Source: Gemmatimonadota bacterium (lineage in GTDB: Bacteria > Gemmatimonadota > Gemmatimonadetes > Palauibacterales > Palauibacteraceae). From it: 64,000 nucleotides of DNA. Made by a program: the position numbers and the translations under genes. Below the pieces are notes generated by a model. That model saw nothing but the letters and a program-made list of their open reading frames with translations, was not told where the DNA came from and did not search any database. Every line of letters starts with the position of its first letter. The first letter of the stretch is position 1. Positions 47,124 through 56,739 of the stretch are shown here, piece by piece. The stretch is taken from the NCBI GenBank assembly GCA_020351855.1, contig CP070670.1:2843274-2907273 (forward strand). Direction: 5' to 3'.

Positions 47124-47741
47124 ATGATGATGCGGAACTTTCTTGCGCTTCCTGGGCTCGCCGTTGGCAGCCTCCTGGCACTGGGGCACCCCGACGGCCC
47201 GGCAGCCGACTGGAACGTGGACGCGAGCCACACAGAGATCAACTTCTCGGTCCGGCACTTCTTCACCCCGGTCTCGGGATCGTTCCACGCGTACGAGATC
47301 GAACTGGACTTCGACCCCGAGCGACCGGAGCGCAGCAGCGTGAAGGTGGAGGTCGACGTGGCCAGCATCGACACGGGGAATGAGAAGCGGGATGATCACC
47401 TCAGGTCGGCCGACTGGTTCGATGCCGCGCGGCACCCCCACATCCGATTCGAGAGCAGCACGGTACGGCAGGTCGGAGAAGACCGGTATCTGGCAACAGG
47501 GACGCTCACGATCAAGGAGACAAGGAGGAAGTTCGAGCTCCCGATCACCCTGCTCGGAATCCAGGACATTCCGGAGCCGATGCGTCCGATGCTGGGAGGC
47601 ATCAGCCGGGTTGCCAGCTTCGAGGCCGCGGCGGAGCTGGACCGGCGTGACTTCGGGGTCGGGGTCGGATCGTGGGCTGAGACTGCCATTGTAGGATCGG
47701 AGGTGCGGATCGCCATCGCCGTGGAGGTCAACCGCTCCTAG
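47124..47741 (+). CDS. YceI family periplasmic protein
   Basis: Signal peptide plus the YceI-like lipid-binding domain (IDTGNEKRDDHLRSADWFDAARHP). Confidence 0.8.
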   Translation: MMMRNFLALPGLAVGSLLALGHPDGPAADWNVDASHTEINFSVRHFFTPVSGSFHAYEIELDFDPERPERSSVKVEVDVASIDTGNEKRDDHLRSADWFDAARHPHIRFESSTVRQVGEDRYLATGTLTIKETRRKFELPITLLGIQDIPEPMRPMLGGISRVASFEAAAELDRRDFGVGVGSWAETAIVGSEVRIAIAVEVNRS

Positions 47742-47764
47742 CCGGCGGTGGGGAGCGCGGGAGG

Positions 47765-48046
47765 TCAGTCCGGTCCTGCACGGAAACAGGTGACCTCCCA
47801 CGCGTCCCGCTCTTCGTCGTGGCGGAGGATGTACGTGCCCCCCTCCGGCGTGCGGACCTTGGCGTAGACGTATCCCTCCCCGAACCAGCGGTCCTGTACC
47901 TCGGCGACGTCGTGATCGCCTTCCCCAAGCCCGAAGCGGAGCGGGGTCGGGAGCGATCCGTCCCGCCTCCACGTCACACGAAGCCCGGGGTGCTGCCGCT
48001 CAGACATGCTCCTCACCTTGCTTGGCGGCCCGTCCTTGAGACGCAC
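47765..48046 (-). CDS. Small hypothetical protein (~80-93 aa)
   Basis: Coding-like ORF placed 12 nt downstream of lipoprotein B; possibly the third gene of a three-gene operon. An alternative start is MSERQ at 48007. Confidence 0.4.
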   Translation of the reverse strand: MRLKDGPPSKVRSMSERQHPGLRVTWRRDGSLPTPLRFGLGEGDHDVAEVQDRWFGEGYVYAKVRTPEGGTYILRHDEERDAWEVTCFRAGPD

Positions 48047-48058
48047 GAGCCGATCCGC

Positions 48059-48637
48059 TCAGAGCTGCACCCAGACCTGCCGCGGCTGGCCGGGACGATG
48101 ATCCGGATTCTTTATGACCAGCCGGAAGTCTGCGATTTCCTTCCCGACATGCTCCTCGGCCGACTCCTGCCAGTCCGTGTCCAGCGATTCCCGCAGTGAG
48201 CCGTATACGAGCGAGAACCGGACGATCCAGCGCTGCGAACGCCGACTTCCGCCGGAAACGGGTGACACGAACCCGTCGAAGGCGTGACCATCGGCATCGA
48301 TCAGCGACATCTTGGGAAAGGACATCATGGAACCCGGCCGGTAGCCGTTGAACGCATCGTCGAAGGTAGGCTGGAACCGCTCTTCGTAGTTCTCGAGCCT
48401 GATCACGACCTCGATGTCCTTATAGCGGCCGCCGCTGCGCGACTTCACGTCCTCCCTCGCCCGTTCCACGGCAAACACGAACGCCCCCATCTCGATGCCC
48501 TCTCCGAGCCGGACCTCCTCACCGGAGGAGCAGCCCGAGAGGGGGAGCACCGAGGCGAGCGGGATCGCCTGCAACAGGTACCGCAGCGGCCGCCTAAGAT
48601 CACCCCGAATCGCCTCTTCCACCCCCGCCGCGCTCAT
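48059..48637 (-). CDS. Hypothetical lipoprotein B (paralog of 48679..49209)
   Basis: Lipobox LSGCSS; C-terminal motif FRLVIKNPDHRPGQP shared with its neighbour. RBS TGGAGGTGAA. Confidence 0.6.
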   Translation of the reverse strand: MSAAGVEEAIRGDLRRPLRYLLQAIPLASVLPLSGCSSGEEVRLGEGIEMGAFVFAVERAREDVKSRSGGRYKDIEVVIRLENYEERFQPTFDDAFNGYRPGSMMSFPKMSLIDADGHAFDGFVSPVSGGSRRSQRWIVRFSLVYGSLRESLDTDWQESAEEHVGKEIADFRLVIKNPDHRPGQPRQVWVQL

Positions 48638-48678
48638 CTCTTCACCTCCATCCGATCCCTCCGGTGGCACCCGCCCCC

Positions 48679-49209
48679 TTACGGCCGACTGAGCGGGATC
48701 TCCGCCACAGCGAGCCCGCCCGGGACCGGATCGGGGTTCTCGACGAGCAGGGTGAAGCGCTCGCTGTCCTCGTACACGTGGAACACGGCCACCCACTCGC
48801 GCTGCGGGAAGCCCGTCGGCATCCAATGGTAGAGGTCCGCAGGCATCGCGCTGAAAGCCGGCGTTCGCTCCCCTGCCTCATCGAGCACGGTGAATCGGCC
48901 CTCGATGAAGGCCTCGATGAAGGTCTGGGCGTCCCACTCCTCCAGGTCCTCGAGCCCCTCCCAATGAACAAAGACCGCAATGACCTTCTCGCCCGGCGAG
49001 GCCCGAAGGGAGTTGAGCGGGTTCGGCGGCGGTCTGGCGACCGTCTCCATTCGCCGGACCTTGATGGCGAAGTCCGGCAAAGCGATCCGAGAGCCGAGCG
49101 AGAATACGGTCGGCTCGGGAGGCCGCTCTCCGCCGCAGGCGCAGAGGCCGATGGCCGCGACGGCGGGCCATGCGCGCCACCCCCCGACCAGCCGGACCAA
49201 ACGGCTCAT
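48679..49209 (-). CDS. Hypothetical lipoprotein A (paralog of 48059..48637)
   Basis: Lipobox GLCACGG; C-terminal motif FTLLVENPDPVPGG. Strong RBS GGAGGGAGCGC. Confidence 0.6.
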   Translation of the reverse strand: MSRLVRLVGGWRAWPAVAAIGLCACGGERPPEPTVFSLGSRIALPDFAIKVRRMETVARPPPNPLNSLRASPGEKVIAVFVHWEGLEDLEEWDAQTFIEAFIEGRFTVLDEAGERTPAFSAMPADLYHWMPTGFPQREWVAVFHVYEDSERFTLLVENPDPVPGGLAVAEIPLSRP

Positions 49210-49456
49210 AGCGCTCCCTCCTGGATTTGCAGCGCATAGGTCGAACGGCCTGTTGTAGTATAGGCCTCGGTCCGCCCCGCCGCTTGTGGCTCGTCCGGAG
49301 GCGGATACGTCGCGGAGGTTTCCCCTCAGTCGCGTAAGAGTTTTCCCGATAGCTCTGGCTGGCGGGGACGCCCTAGGGTGACGGTGGCAGCGTGAAAACG
49401 GGATCGAGGCGTACCAGTGCCTCGAGGCATCGTCGAAAGCGGGCGGCAGGTGAGCG

Positions 49457-49624
49457 ATGGCCAGCTACGAGTACCACTGCAAGGACTGCAAGGCGACCTT
49501 CACGATCAGCGAGCCGATCTCCAAGCACACCGGGCGCAAGAGACCCAAGTGCCCGCAGTGCAGCGGGCACCGCACGGAGCAGCTCTTCTCGTCGTTCTTC
49601 GCGAAAACGAGTTCCAAGACCTGA
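49457..49624 (+). CDS. FmdB-family zinc-ribbon protein (55 aa); absent from the ORF track because it is under 60 aa
   Basis: MASYEYHCKDCKATFTISEPISKHTGRKRPKCPQCSGHRTEQLFSSFFAKTSSKT fits the FmdB signature (YEYxCxxC...CPxCG). Confidence 0.7.
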   Translation: MASYEYHCKDCKATFTISEPISKHTGRKRPKCPQCSGHRTEQLFSSFFAKTSSKT

Positions 49625-49662
49625 GCGGCGCGGCCCGACGAGGGCGGCTGGACAGGTGACCG

Positions 49663-49938
49663 TCAGAGAAACTCTCGGAGCTGGAGCTCCGCGCAGATCT
49701 GCTTCGCGACCACTTGGATTCTCGCTCGCGCCCGCGGGTCGGACACCGACGTGCTCAGCCACTCCGCCGGCACGCGGTCGATTTCCGTATCGTGTGGATC
49801 GCAGACCCGCACATGGTCACCCCTCGGTCCGGGATAGCACGAGAAGTCGGTTCCCGGACTTCGATCCGGACACACGTCGAGGATGGCACTCTCGAGAATG
49901 TCGATCATCCGGTCGATCGTGAGCTTTTGCGTCACCAC
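49663..49938 (-). CDS. Hypothetical small Cys-containing protein (91 aa)
   Basis: GC3-rich ORF with a GTG start and a GGAG RBS, sitting in an operon position after the OMP gene. Confidence 0.45.
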   Translation of the reverse strand: MVTQKLTIDRMIDILESAILDVCPDRSPGTDFSCYPGPRGDHVRVCDPHDTEIDRVPAEWLSTSVSDPRARARIQVVAKQICAELQLREFL

Positions 49939-50014
49939 CGTGATTCCGTGGCTCCAGATGTGCGGTCGTTTCTCTTCCTAATCTACGAAGAAAACGGCCC
50001 GGTGCCGCCTCCCT

Positions 50015-50518
50015 TCAAAAGAGCACGCCCCCCGTGAGAACGAACTGCTCGCCACCGGCCAGTTCGACCCGCAGCTCGAAGTAAGGAAATACCGGACCGG
50101 ACCCGAACAGCGTGCCGCCCAGCAGGTTCACCCCCAGATCGGTGTCCGACGCCCCATCGCCTCCGACCTCTGGCCGCCTGGAGGAGTAGGCGACGTTCAG
50201 CCCGCCTCCGGCATAGGGAGAGACGGCCGTGGTGCCCTCGATTCGGAAGTTGTAAGCGACATTGCCATTCAGCTCCCAGTACGTTCGGTCCTCGCCAGGG
50301 GGCTCGTCCGGGAAGAACCAGTCGAACGTCCCAATGATGGACAGGCGATCGGGAGACCGCAGGTGGGCGTGCAGGCGGCCCCCGAGCCCCAACTCGCTGC
50401 TGCTCCCGTAACTGAGTTGCGGTCCGAGCCGGATGCGCCGCGTCCCGCCGGTCTGCCCGCGGGCATCCGCCACACCGAACACAAACGACAGAAGCAGCAA
50501 GAGGAGCAGCGTCCGCAT
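50015..50518 (-). CDS. Outer-membrane beta-barrel protein (OmpW/OmpA-beta-like, small)
   Basis: Signal peptide MRTLLLLLLLSFVFGVADA, alternating amphipathic strands, and C-terminal ...FVLTGGVLF with an aromatic terminal residue. Confidence 0.7.
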   Translation of the reverse strand: MRTLLLLLLLSFVFGVADARGQTGGTRRIRLGPQLSYGSSSELGLGGRLHAHLRSPDRLSIIGTFDWFFPDEPPGEDRTYWELNGNVAYNFRIEGTTAVSPYAGGGLNVAYSSRRPEVGGDGASDTDLGVNLLGGTLFGSGPVFPYFELRVELAGGEQFVLTGGVLF

Positions 50519-50769
50519 CACCGCTGCACCATGCTGAGCTCGTGTGTACATGTAAGCCATCTCCCGCTGCGGCCCCTTCCGGCGCGCCAGCAACCAACCA
50601 CCGCAACGGTCGTGCCCCGAAGACGGCACGATCACGGAACGCCGCAACCAGTTGTTACGTAACAGCTTACGCTACACCCGCCGGCGGCGGTGGCGCTCTT
50701 ATTCATGCACGAAGTGCAGTGGGTCGTTTCGGTAGGGAGAGATGCGCCGCCCGGCATGCCGGCGGGCCG

Positions 50770-51792
50770 TCACCGCCGCGACTGGCCCCAGGGCGCTGCA
50801 GCGGCGAGGACGGGCTGACGACAGAAGCGAAGCTCCCGCGCCGCCCAGGAGATCAGCAGGGCGCAGCGCAGGAAGAACGGCGAGCCGACTAGCATCGCCG
50901 GCCGATCGCCGAGGCCGAGCTGCCCGAAGATCGGCAGATCGGCCATCTCACCGCCCAGCGCTTCCAGCCGCACCGTACCGACGTCGATCGAGTCGATGCG
51001 GGTCCCATAGGTCTGTACGGTGCCCCGTCCGATCCCGCGGGGATCGTCGCTCAAAGGCTGCTCGGTCAGCTCGACACCCGTGGCGTCCGCCGCGCTCGGA
51101 TTGAGGAGGAGCGCGGGAGATCCGGAATCCAGAATGGCGTCGATGGTCGACCCGTTGACCGAGACCGGAAAGCGGATGATCCCGCTGCGGATGCGGTCGA
51201 ATGAAACGGCCTCCTCCCGACCGACGACCGGGCCGCCGTTCGTGCCCGTCGTCCCGCGCTTGTAGAGTCGAAGGACGCGGGCCGGCGCGTCGATGAGGAC
51301 GTCGTAGTACCTCAGCAGATCCGAGCCTACGATCCCGTCGAAGCGGTGCTGATCGTCATGGGCCAGGATCTCGTCATTGAGAAGGTACTTCTCCCATTTC
51401 CCGGCCCGGGCATCGCCCAACCTCATCAGTCGCGTCTCGACGACCGGAACTCGCGCCTGGCCGCTCGCCCCGCTCAGCTTCGCGTGGCCCACAGGCTTCA
51501 GCCCGAGCCGTCGCGCCACGCTCCGGGTGACCGCCCCCAGCGTCGCGCCCGTGTCCAGGAGGAACCGTAGGGTCTGGCCCCGCAGCTCCACGGGTACGAC
51601 CAGCATCCTGCCGACCAGCTCGATCGGCACCTCGGTGACCAACTCGCCCTCGAGCGAGGAGCGCGCACCGTTCTTCTCCACCGCCCCGAGCTCCTGGGCG
51701 AGCCCGCACGGTGCCTGCACCGTTAGCAGCGTGGCGACGAACGCGCCGGCCAGCACCCGGCGGTGCCGCGCGCTGGAAGCCCTGTCTCCCAT
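50770..51792 (-). CDS. Retropepsin-like (clan AA) two-domain aspartic protease, secreted
   Basis: Signal peptide. First lobe has LLDTGAT; second lobe has ILDSGSP; the hydrophobic-hydrophobic-D-T/S-G-A/S pattern occurs in both. The start is set at ATG 51792, with 51870 as an alternative. Confidence 0.65.
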   Translation of the reverse strand: MGDRASSARHRRVLAGAFVATLLTVQAPCGLAQELGAVEKNGARSSLEGELVTEVPIELVGRMLVVPVELRGQTLRFLLDTGATLGAVTRSVARRLGLKPVGHAKLSGASGQARVPVVETRLMRLGDARAGKWEKYLLNDEILAHDDQHRFDGIVGSDLLRYYDVLIDAPARVLRLYKRGTTGTNGGPVVGREEAVSFDRIRSGIIRFPVSVNGSTIDAILDSGSPALLLNPSAADATGVELTEQPLSDDPRGIGRGTVQTYGTRIDSIDVGTVRLEALGGEMADLPIFGQLGLGDRPAMLVGSPFFLRCALLISWAARELRFCRQPVLAAAAPWGQSRR

Positions 51793-51961
51793 GCCCTGTC
51801 GAACGCTCCTGCCAGCGCTCTGTTCCCCTAGCCGGATCGGTCTCTCCTTGCCGAGGTGCTTGGCAGCCATCGCGGGTTTCGCTGTCGGTCCGGCGGCGGG
51901 CAGAGCCGGTGCCCGAAGCCGCGCTGGCAGGTTAGCTTCACAAGAAGGAGCTGAATTCCCG

Positions 51962-53530
51962 ATGCACGATTTCATCTTCAGACTTCGGAGGCTGTTCGCC
52001 GAGCTGAGGCGCCGACGCGTCTTCCGAGTCGCAGCGGTGTACGCGGTCGTCGCGTTCGTGCTGCTCGAGGTGATGGATCCGCTGTTCCCTGCCCTCCTGC
52101 TTCCGGATTGGGCAGACACCCTGGTCGCGGTCCTCCTGATTGCCGGCTTCCCCCTCGCCATTCTCTTGGCCTGGGCCTACGAGACGGGGCCCGGGGCGAT
52201 GGGCCGTCCGGCGGAGGCCGGTGCCGCAGGCACGCGCCCCTTCGATTCGGTCGCCGTTCTTCCGTTCTCCAACCTCAGCGGCGACTCGGAGAACGAGTAC
52301 CTGAGCGATGGGATCACGGAGGAGCTGATCAACGCGCTCAACCAGGTGAAGGGACTGCGCGTCGCATCCCGCGGATCGTGCTTTCGTTACAAGGGCAAGG
52401 CCGTCGATGCCCGCGACGTGGGGAGCGAGCTCGGCGCTCGAGCGGTCCTGGAGGGAAGCGTCCGGAGGAGCGGGGACCGGCTCCGGGTGAACGTGCAGCT
52501 CGCAAATGCCCTCGACGGATACAATGTCTGGTCGGGCAGCTACGACCACCGTCTCACCGACATCTTCGGAATGCAGGAGGAGATCGCCAGGGCAATCGTC
52601 GAGGCCCTGCGCCTGGAGCTTCCCGGCGCTGCATCGGCGGAGCTGGTGAATGCCCCTACGGCGAGCATCGCGGCGTACGAGCTCTATCTGCGCGGGCGCC
52701 AGTATTTTCACGAGCGTCGCAAGAAGGGTTTCCTGTACGCGAGGCAAATGTTCCGGCGGGCGATCGAGGTCGATCCGGGCTACGCTCTGGCCTGGGCCGG
52801 CCTGGCTGATTCCAGCGCCTTCCTCGCCCACTGGTTTCAGGACGAGGAGGAGGCATCGAATGTGGCAGAGGCCGATCGGGCCAGCCGCCGCGCCATCGAG
52901 CTGGCGCCCGAGTCGGGCCAGGCGCACGCCTCGCGGGGCTTCGCTCTTTTCCTGATGAAGCAGTTCGAGGAGGCGAGGCGCGAGTTCGAGACGGCCCTGG
53001 GGCTCGATCCCGAACAGTACGACGCTCGCTACCTCCAGGCGCGGGCGTGCTATCAACAGGGAGACCTGGAGCGGGCGCTGGAGCTGTTCGAGGAGGCGGC
53101 CCGCACCGGGGAGGAGGATCACGAGGCGCGCTATTTCACGGCCCAGACCCTGTCGGCGCTCGAGCGCGGTGAGGAGGCGAAGGCCGCCTACAAGCGTGCT
53201 CTCCCATACATCGAGCGCCACCTGGAGCTGTACCCGGATGATGCGCGGGCCTGGACACAGGGCGCCGTGTCCCACAGCCGCCTCGGAAACCGCGCGAGGG
53301 GCCTTAGCTGGGCGGAGAAGGCGATCGAGGTCGATCCCGAGGATGCGGCAGTCCGCTACAACGTGGCCTGCCTGTACGCGCTCGAGGGAGAGACCGACCG
53401 TGCGATCGCCTGTCTGCGGCAGGCGCTAGTCGACGGTTTCTTCGCTCACCCGGAGTGGATAAAGTACGATCCCGATCTGGACTCGCTGCGCGACGACCCG
53501 CGCTTCCAGGCCCTGCTGGAGGGAGCGTGA
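51962..53530 (+). CDS. Membrane-anchored protein with periplasmic TolB-N-like domain followed by TPR repeats
   Basis: N-terminal LRRRRVFRVAAVYAVVAFVLLEV, SVAVLPFSNLSGDSENEYLSDGITEELINAL...VLEGSVRR (the conserved module seen in many TPR, cyclase and regulator proteins), then TPR repeats. RBS AAGGAG. Confidence 0.7.
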   Translation: MHDFIFRLRRLFAELRRRRVFRVAAVYAVVAFVLLEVMDPLFPALLLPDWADTLVAVLLIAGFPLAILLAWAYETGPGAMGRPAEAGAAGTRPFDSVAVLPFSNLSGDSENEYLSDGITEELINALNQVKGLRVASRGSCFRYKGKAVDARDVGSELGARAVLEGSVRRSGDRLRVNVQLANALDGYNVWSGSYDHRLTDIFGMQEEIARAIVEALRLELPGAASAELVNAPTASIAAYELYLRGRQYFHERRKKGFLYARQMFRRAIEVDPGYALAWAGLADSSAFLAHWFQDEEEASNVAEADRASRRAIELAPESGQAHASRGFALFLMKQFEEARREFETALGLDPEQYDARYLQARACYQQGDLERALELFEEAARTGEEDHEARYFTAQTLSALERGEEAKAAYKRALPYIERHLELYPDDARAWTQGAVSHSRLGNRARGLSWAEKAIEVDPEDAAVRYNVACLYALEGETDRAIACLRQALVDGFFAHPEWIKYDPDLDSLRDDPRFQALLEGA

Positions 53531-53569
53531 GCGCGGGTCGAGCTCACCCCCTCCCCTGACGGCCAAGCG

Positions 53570-54610
53570 CTACGCCTCTAGGAGAACCTCCCGGATCCGG
53601 GCCGCGTACTCGCGGCTCTCACGATCGTCCGTGAGCAGCTCGATCCTGTCGGGACCGCCCACGCCGAGCCCCAGCTCCGCCGCTCGCGCGATCTGCTCCT
53701 GCGCGAAGACCGCTCCGCGGCTCACCTCGGCCGTGGTCCCGAAGTAGCGCAGGATCGCCACGCCGACCGCGTCGAGAGCGACGCGATCCGTCCCCGCCAG
53801 CACGACCTCCGTGCGGGCGGTCTCGCCGGTATGGGGCCCACCGCTCACGAACGCCTCCACGCCGTCGAGAACCACCAGGTCCGGCACGTAGGCCATGTTG
53901 ACCTCGGCGATCATCCGCCGCTGGTCAGGAGACCGGTGAAGCTCCCGCATGTAGTCGTGGGGCTGACCGGGCACTCGTTTCGCGACGAGGCCCACCGAGT
54001 TCTTGAGCGACAGCGTGAAGTGCCCTCCGAATTGATGGGTCTTTAGGCAACAGGTCTGTACCACGCCGTCCGCCTCCAGAACCGGACGGGCCACCGGGAA
54101 ACCGCGGCTCCAGTGCCCGCCATCCAGGGAGATGATCTCCCAACCGGAGGCGCTCAGCTCATCGAACACGACGGTGTCGAAGCCCAGCTCCTCGCCCATC
54201 CGGAAGATCCGCTTCCGCTCCATGACCTCGCGTGTGTCGCCCATCCCGCTGCGGTCTCCCACCGTGATGCGCCCTGCGCCCCGCGACTGCAGCTCCTCCA
54301 CCAGGGTCGTCAGCGTCTGGTCGTGCGTCGACCCGGGGCTCTGGTGATGGCTGTTGAAGTTGGGCTTGAGAAAGAGATGCCGGCCCCGCACGTCCCCGAA
54401 CTCGAGGATGTCGAGTGCACGGCGCACGCCGACGGCGTGATCGCCGGTCTTGACGAATGCCACGTGGGCCGTGGCATCAGGAACGCCCGGCCTGGGGGCG
54501 CCTGCCCGAGCGGGCAGGCGGCCGAGGAGGATCGCGGTATCGACCAGGCACGGGGTCAGGGCCAAACCGCCCAGTCCGGCCGTCGTCTTGACGAAGTCTC
54601 GCCGTTCCAT
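53570..54610 (-). CDS. DUF362 domain protein with twin-arginine (Tat) signal
   Basis: MERRDFVKTTAGLGGLA Tat motif, then DUF362 core. Confidence 0.65.
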   Translation of the reverse strand: MERRDFVKTTAGLGGLALTPCLVDTAILLGRLPARAGAPRPGVPDATAHVAFVKTGDHAVGVRRALDILEFGDVRGRHLFLKPNFNSHHQSPGSTHDQTLTTLVEELQSRGAGRITVGDRSGMGDTREVMERKRIFRMGEELGFDTVVFDELSASGWEIISLDGGHWSRGFPVARPVLEADGVVQTCCLKTHQFGGHFTLSLKNSVGLVAKRVPGQPHDYMRELHRSPDQRRMIAEVNMAYVPDLVVLDGVEAFVSGGPHTGETARTEVVLAGTDRVALDAVGVAILRYFGTTAEVSRGAVFAQEQIARAAELGLGVGGPDRIELLTDDRESREYAARIREVLLEA

Positions 54611-54794
54611 GGGCTCCTCCCGCGTGAGCTACCGGATCGGGCAGATGCGTCCCCCCCAGCGTGCTCCCGTACTCAGCCTAGCCCAACCGCCGGCTCCCGC
54701 CAGAAGGAGATCCCCGCTCCGTCGCGTGGGGAAATGGCCTACACGCGGCCTGCACTCGGACAGGCCGGCCGGGCCGGAGCGGCTCCCTGACCCT

Positions 54795-56111
54795 TTAGGG
54801 CAGGGAGCCCGGCTCGCGGCCGGATGAGGCGATCGTGATCGTCTCGAGGCCGTGCGCGTTCGGACCCGTCTCCTGACGGCGGAGAAGCCAGGCAAAGAGG
54901 AAGCCGAGAAAGCCGAGCACCGAGAAGATCCACATCCCGAGCGCATAGCCGTCCGGATTCTCCACGCTCGCTCCCGCAAAGTCGTTCGCCCAGCCGATCA
55001 GGAGGTTGAACCCGAACAGGCCGATGTTCTGGATCATGGTCATGAAGCCGTATGCCGTTCCGAGCCGGTTCTCGTCGACCAGGTAGGCCACGGCCGGCCA
55101 CATCACGGCCGGCACGAGCGAAAAGGCGATCCCCATCATGGCCATGGGAACCCGGAGGTCGACGGCCGTATAGGCCATCATGAGGTAGACCGGGACGAGG
55201 AGGAGAGACCCCCACATCATGAACAGGGCTCGCCGACCCGTGCGATCCACGATGTATCCGAAGATCGGCGTGAAGATCATGGCGAACAGCGTGATCATGC
55301 TCGAGAGAAAGCCGCCGAACTCCCGGCTCGTACCGTGCGCCTCGATGAAAAACTTCACGGCGAAGGTCTGGAAGGGGAAGATCGCCGAGTAGAAGGTGAC
55401 GCACAGCAGGACGACGTACATGTAGGCCTTGGGGAAGCGGAACAGGTCCGCAAGCACCACCTTTTCCGTTTCGCCCGCCTCGCCGAGATCGTAATCCCGC
55501 TCCGCCTTGTCCTCGAGGAGCCAGTAGATGAGCGGCCCGACGATGCAGAGCGTGCCGAACCCCACGGAGATGAGCAAGGGCCACTGCCAGCTCTCGAATG
55601 CCGGGCGGGCCCAGGTGGGTGAGTTGAGTGCCAGGAAGGAGCCCAGGCGGGCGATCGTGAGGTTCACGCCGAAGGCGAACGACAGCTCCCTACCCTTGAA
55701 CCATTTGGCAATCGCCGTGGTGACCGAGACGATCAGCGACTCGGCGCCGACGCCGAAGACCAGCCGGCCCGCGGCCATCACGGCCAGCGAACTCGTGGCG
55801 GCCGTGACGGCGGCGCCGACGAAGCAGAGGAAGCCGAAGAGCAGGGTCGCCTTCTTGACTCCGATCCGGTCGATGATGATGCCGCCCAGCAGCACCATCA
55901 GGATGTTGGGGAAGCTGTAGATGGCGTTCAGCAGCCCGATGTTGCGATCCGAGAAGCCCAGCTGCTCCTTGAGGAGGTCGGCGATCGGGCTGACCGCGTC
56001 GTAGACGTAATAGTTGCCGAACATCGCCAGGCTGATGACGACGAGAACGGCCCACCGATACGGCGGCGGGGGCGGGGGCTTCAGCGAGCCGTCGGCAACG
56101 CGTGTATTCAT
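54795..56111 (-). CDS. MFS transporter
   Basis: 12 predicted TM helices with MFS signature loops (GGIIIDRIGVKKA). Confidence 0.8.
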   Translation of the reverse strand: MNTRVADGSLKPPPPPPYRWAVLVVISLAMFGNYYVYDAVSPIADLLKEQLGFSDRNIGLLNAIYSFPNILMVLLGGIIIDRIGVKKATLLFGFLCFVGAAVTAATSSLAVMAAGRLVFGVGAESLIVSVTTAIAKWFKGRELSFAFGVNLTIARLGSFLALNSPTWARPAFESWQWPLLISVGFGTLCIVGPLIYWLLEDKAERDYDLGEAGETEKVVLADLFRFPKAYMYVVLLCVTFYSAIFPFQTFAVKFFIEAHGTSREFGGFLSSMITLFAMIFTPIFGYIVDRTGRRALFMMWGSLLLVPVYLMMAYTAVDLRVPMAMMGIAFSLVPAVMWPAVAYLVDENRLGTAYGFMTMIQNIGLFGFNLLIGWANDFAGASVENPDGYALGMWIFSVLGFLGFLFAWLLRRQETGPNAHGLETITIASSGREPGSLP

Positions 56112-56183
56112 GGCAGGCCCTTGGATGCGCGAAAGCCCCGTTCCTCCGGGGCTTTCGGGTTCATGAAACGGCGAGCGTCATCC

Positions 56184-56618
56184 CTAGGTGCGCTTTCGCG
56201 CGATGTAGCTGTTCGTCCGGGCGATGTAGGACTGATATTCGTCCCACAGGGCCTGAGCCGCCGACTCGCCCCCGGCACGCTCGACCAGCTTGGCCCACCA
56301 CTTCTGGTTGTTCGGGCTCTGCTGCCACTCCATGAAGCTCGGACCCTCGGCCCTGTGCCAGATGACCGTGAGGTCCCACGCGCCCGTCTCGTGCTCCAGG
56401 ATCATGACGGGCAGCGGCGTCCCGGCCGCCCTCGAGGTCGGCCTGAACTGCTGCTCGATCAGGTCGATCGCCGCGGCCGCCTTGCCGGCTTTGAAGTCGA
56501 TTTCGATGACCTCGTACCATTCGATGTCGGTCCACTTCATGCCCTGCGGCTCCTCCTGGGCCAGGATCACGGTCGGAAGGGCGAGCAGGAGAGTCGCTGT
56601 CACGGCCAAGCTTCGCAT
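56184..56618 (-). CDS. Hypothetical secreted protein (Trp-rich, ~144 aa)
   Basis: Signal peptide MRSLAVTATLLLALPTVILAQ. RBS CAGGGAGGTA. The start is set at ATG 56618. Confidence 0.55.
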   Translation of the reverse strand: MRSLAVTATLLLALPTVILAQEEPQGMKWTDIEWYEVIEIDFKAGKAAAAIDLIEQQFRPTSRAAGTPLPVMILEHETGAWDLTVIWHRAEGPSFMEWQQSPNNQKWWAKLVERAGGESAAQALWDEYQSYIARTNSYIARKRT

Positions 56619-56739
56619 CGTACCTCCCTGGTTTGAGCGCGATCGGTCATGCCCGACAGCGGGCGCAGCAGTATCGAGGGGCGACCGAACTCCGGTCAAG
56701 AGCGGGCACCACCCGCGCGATGCCCGGGCACGCCCGACG

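Noticed and set aside
54783-54807. Hairpin CTCCCTGACCC-TTTA-GGGCAGGGAG at the MFS gene 3' end as a terminator
   Set aside because: It overlaps the stop codon and last codons of the MFS ORF and has no U-tract on either strand.
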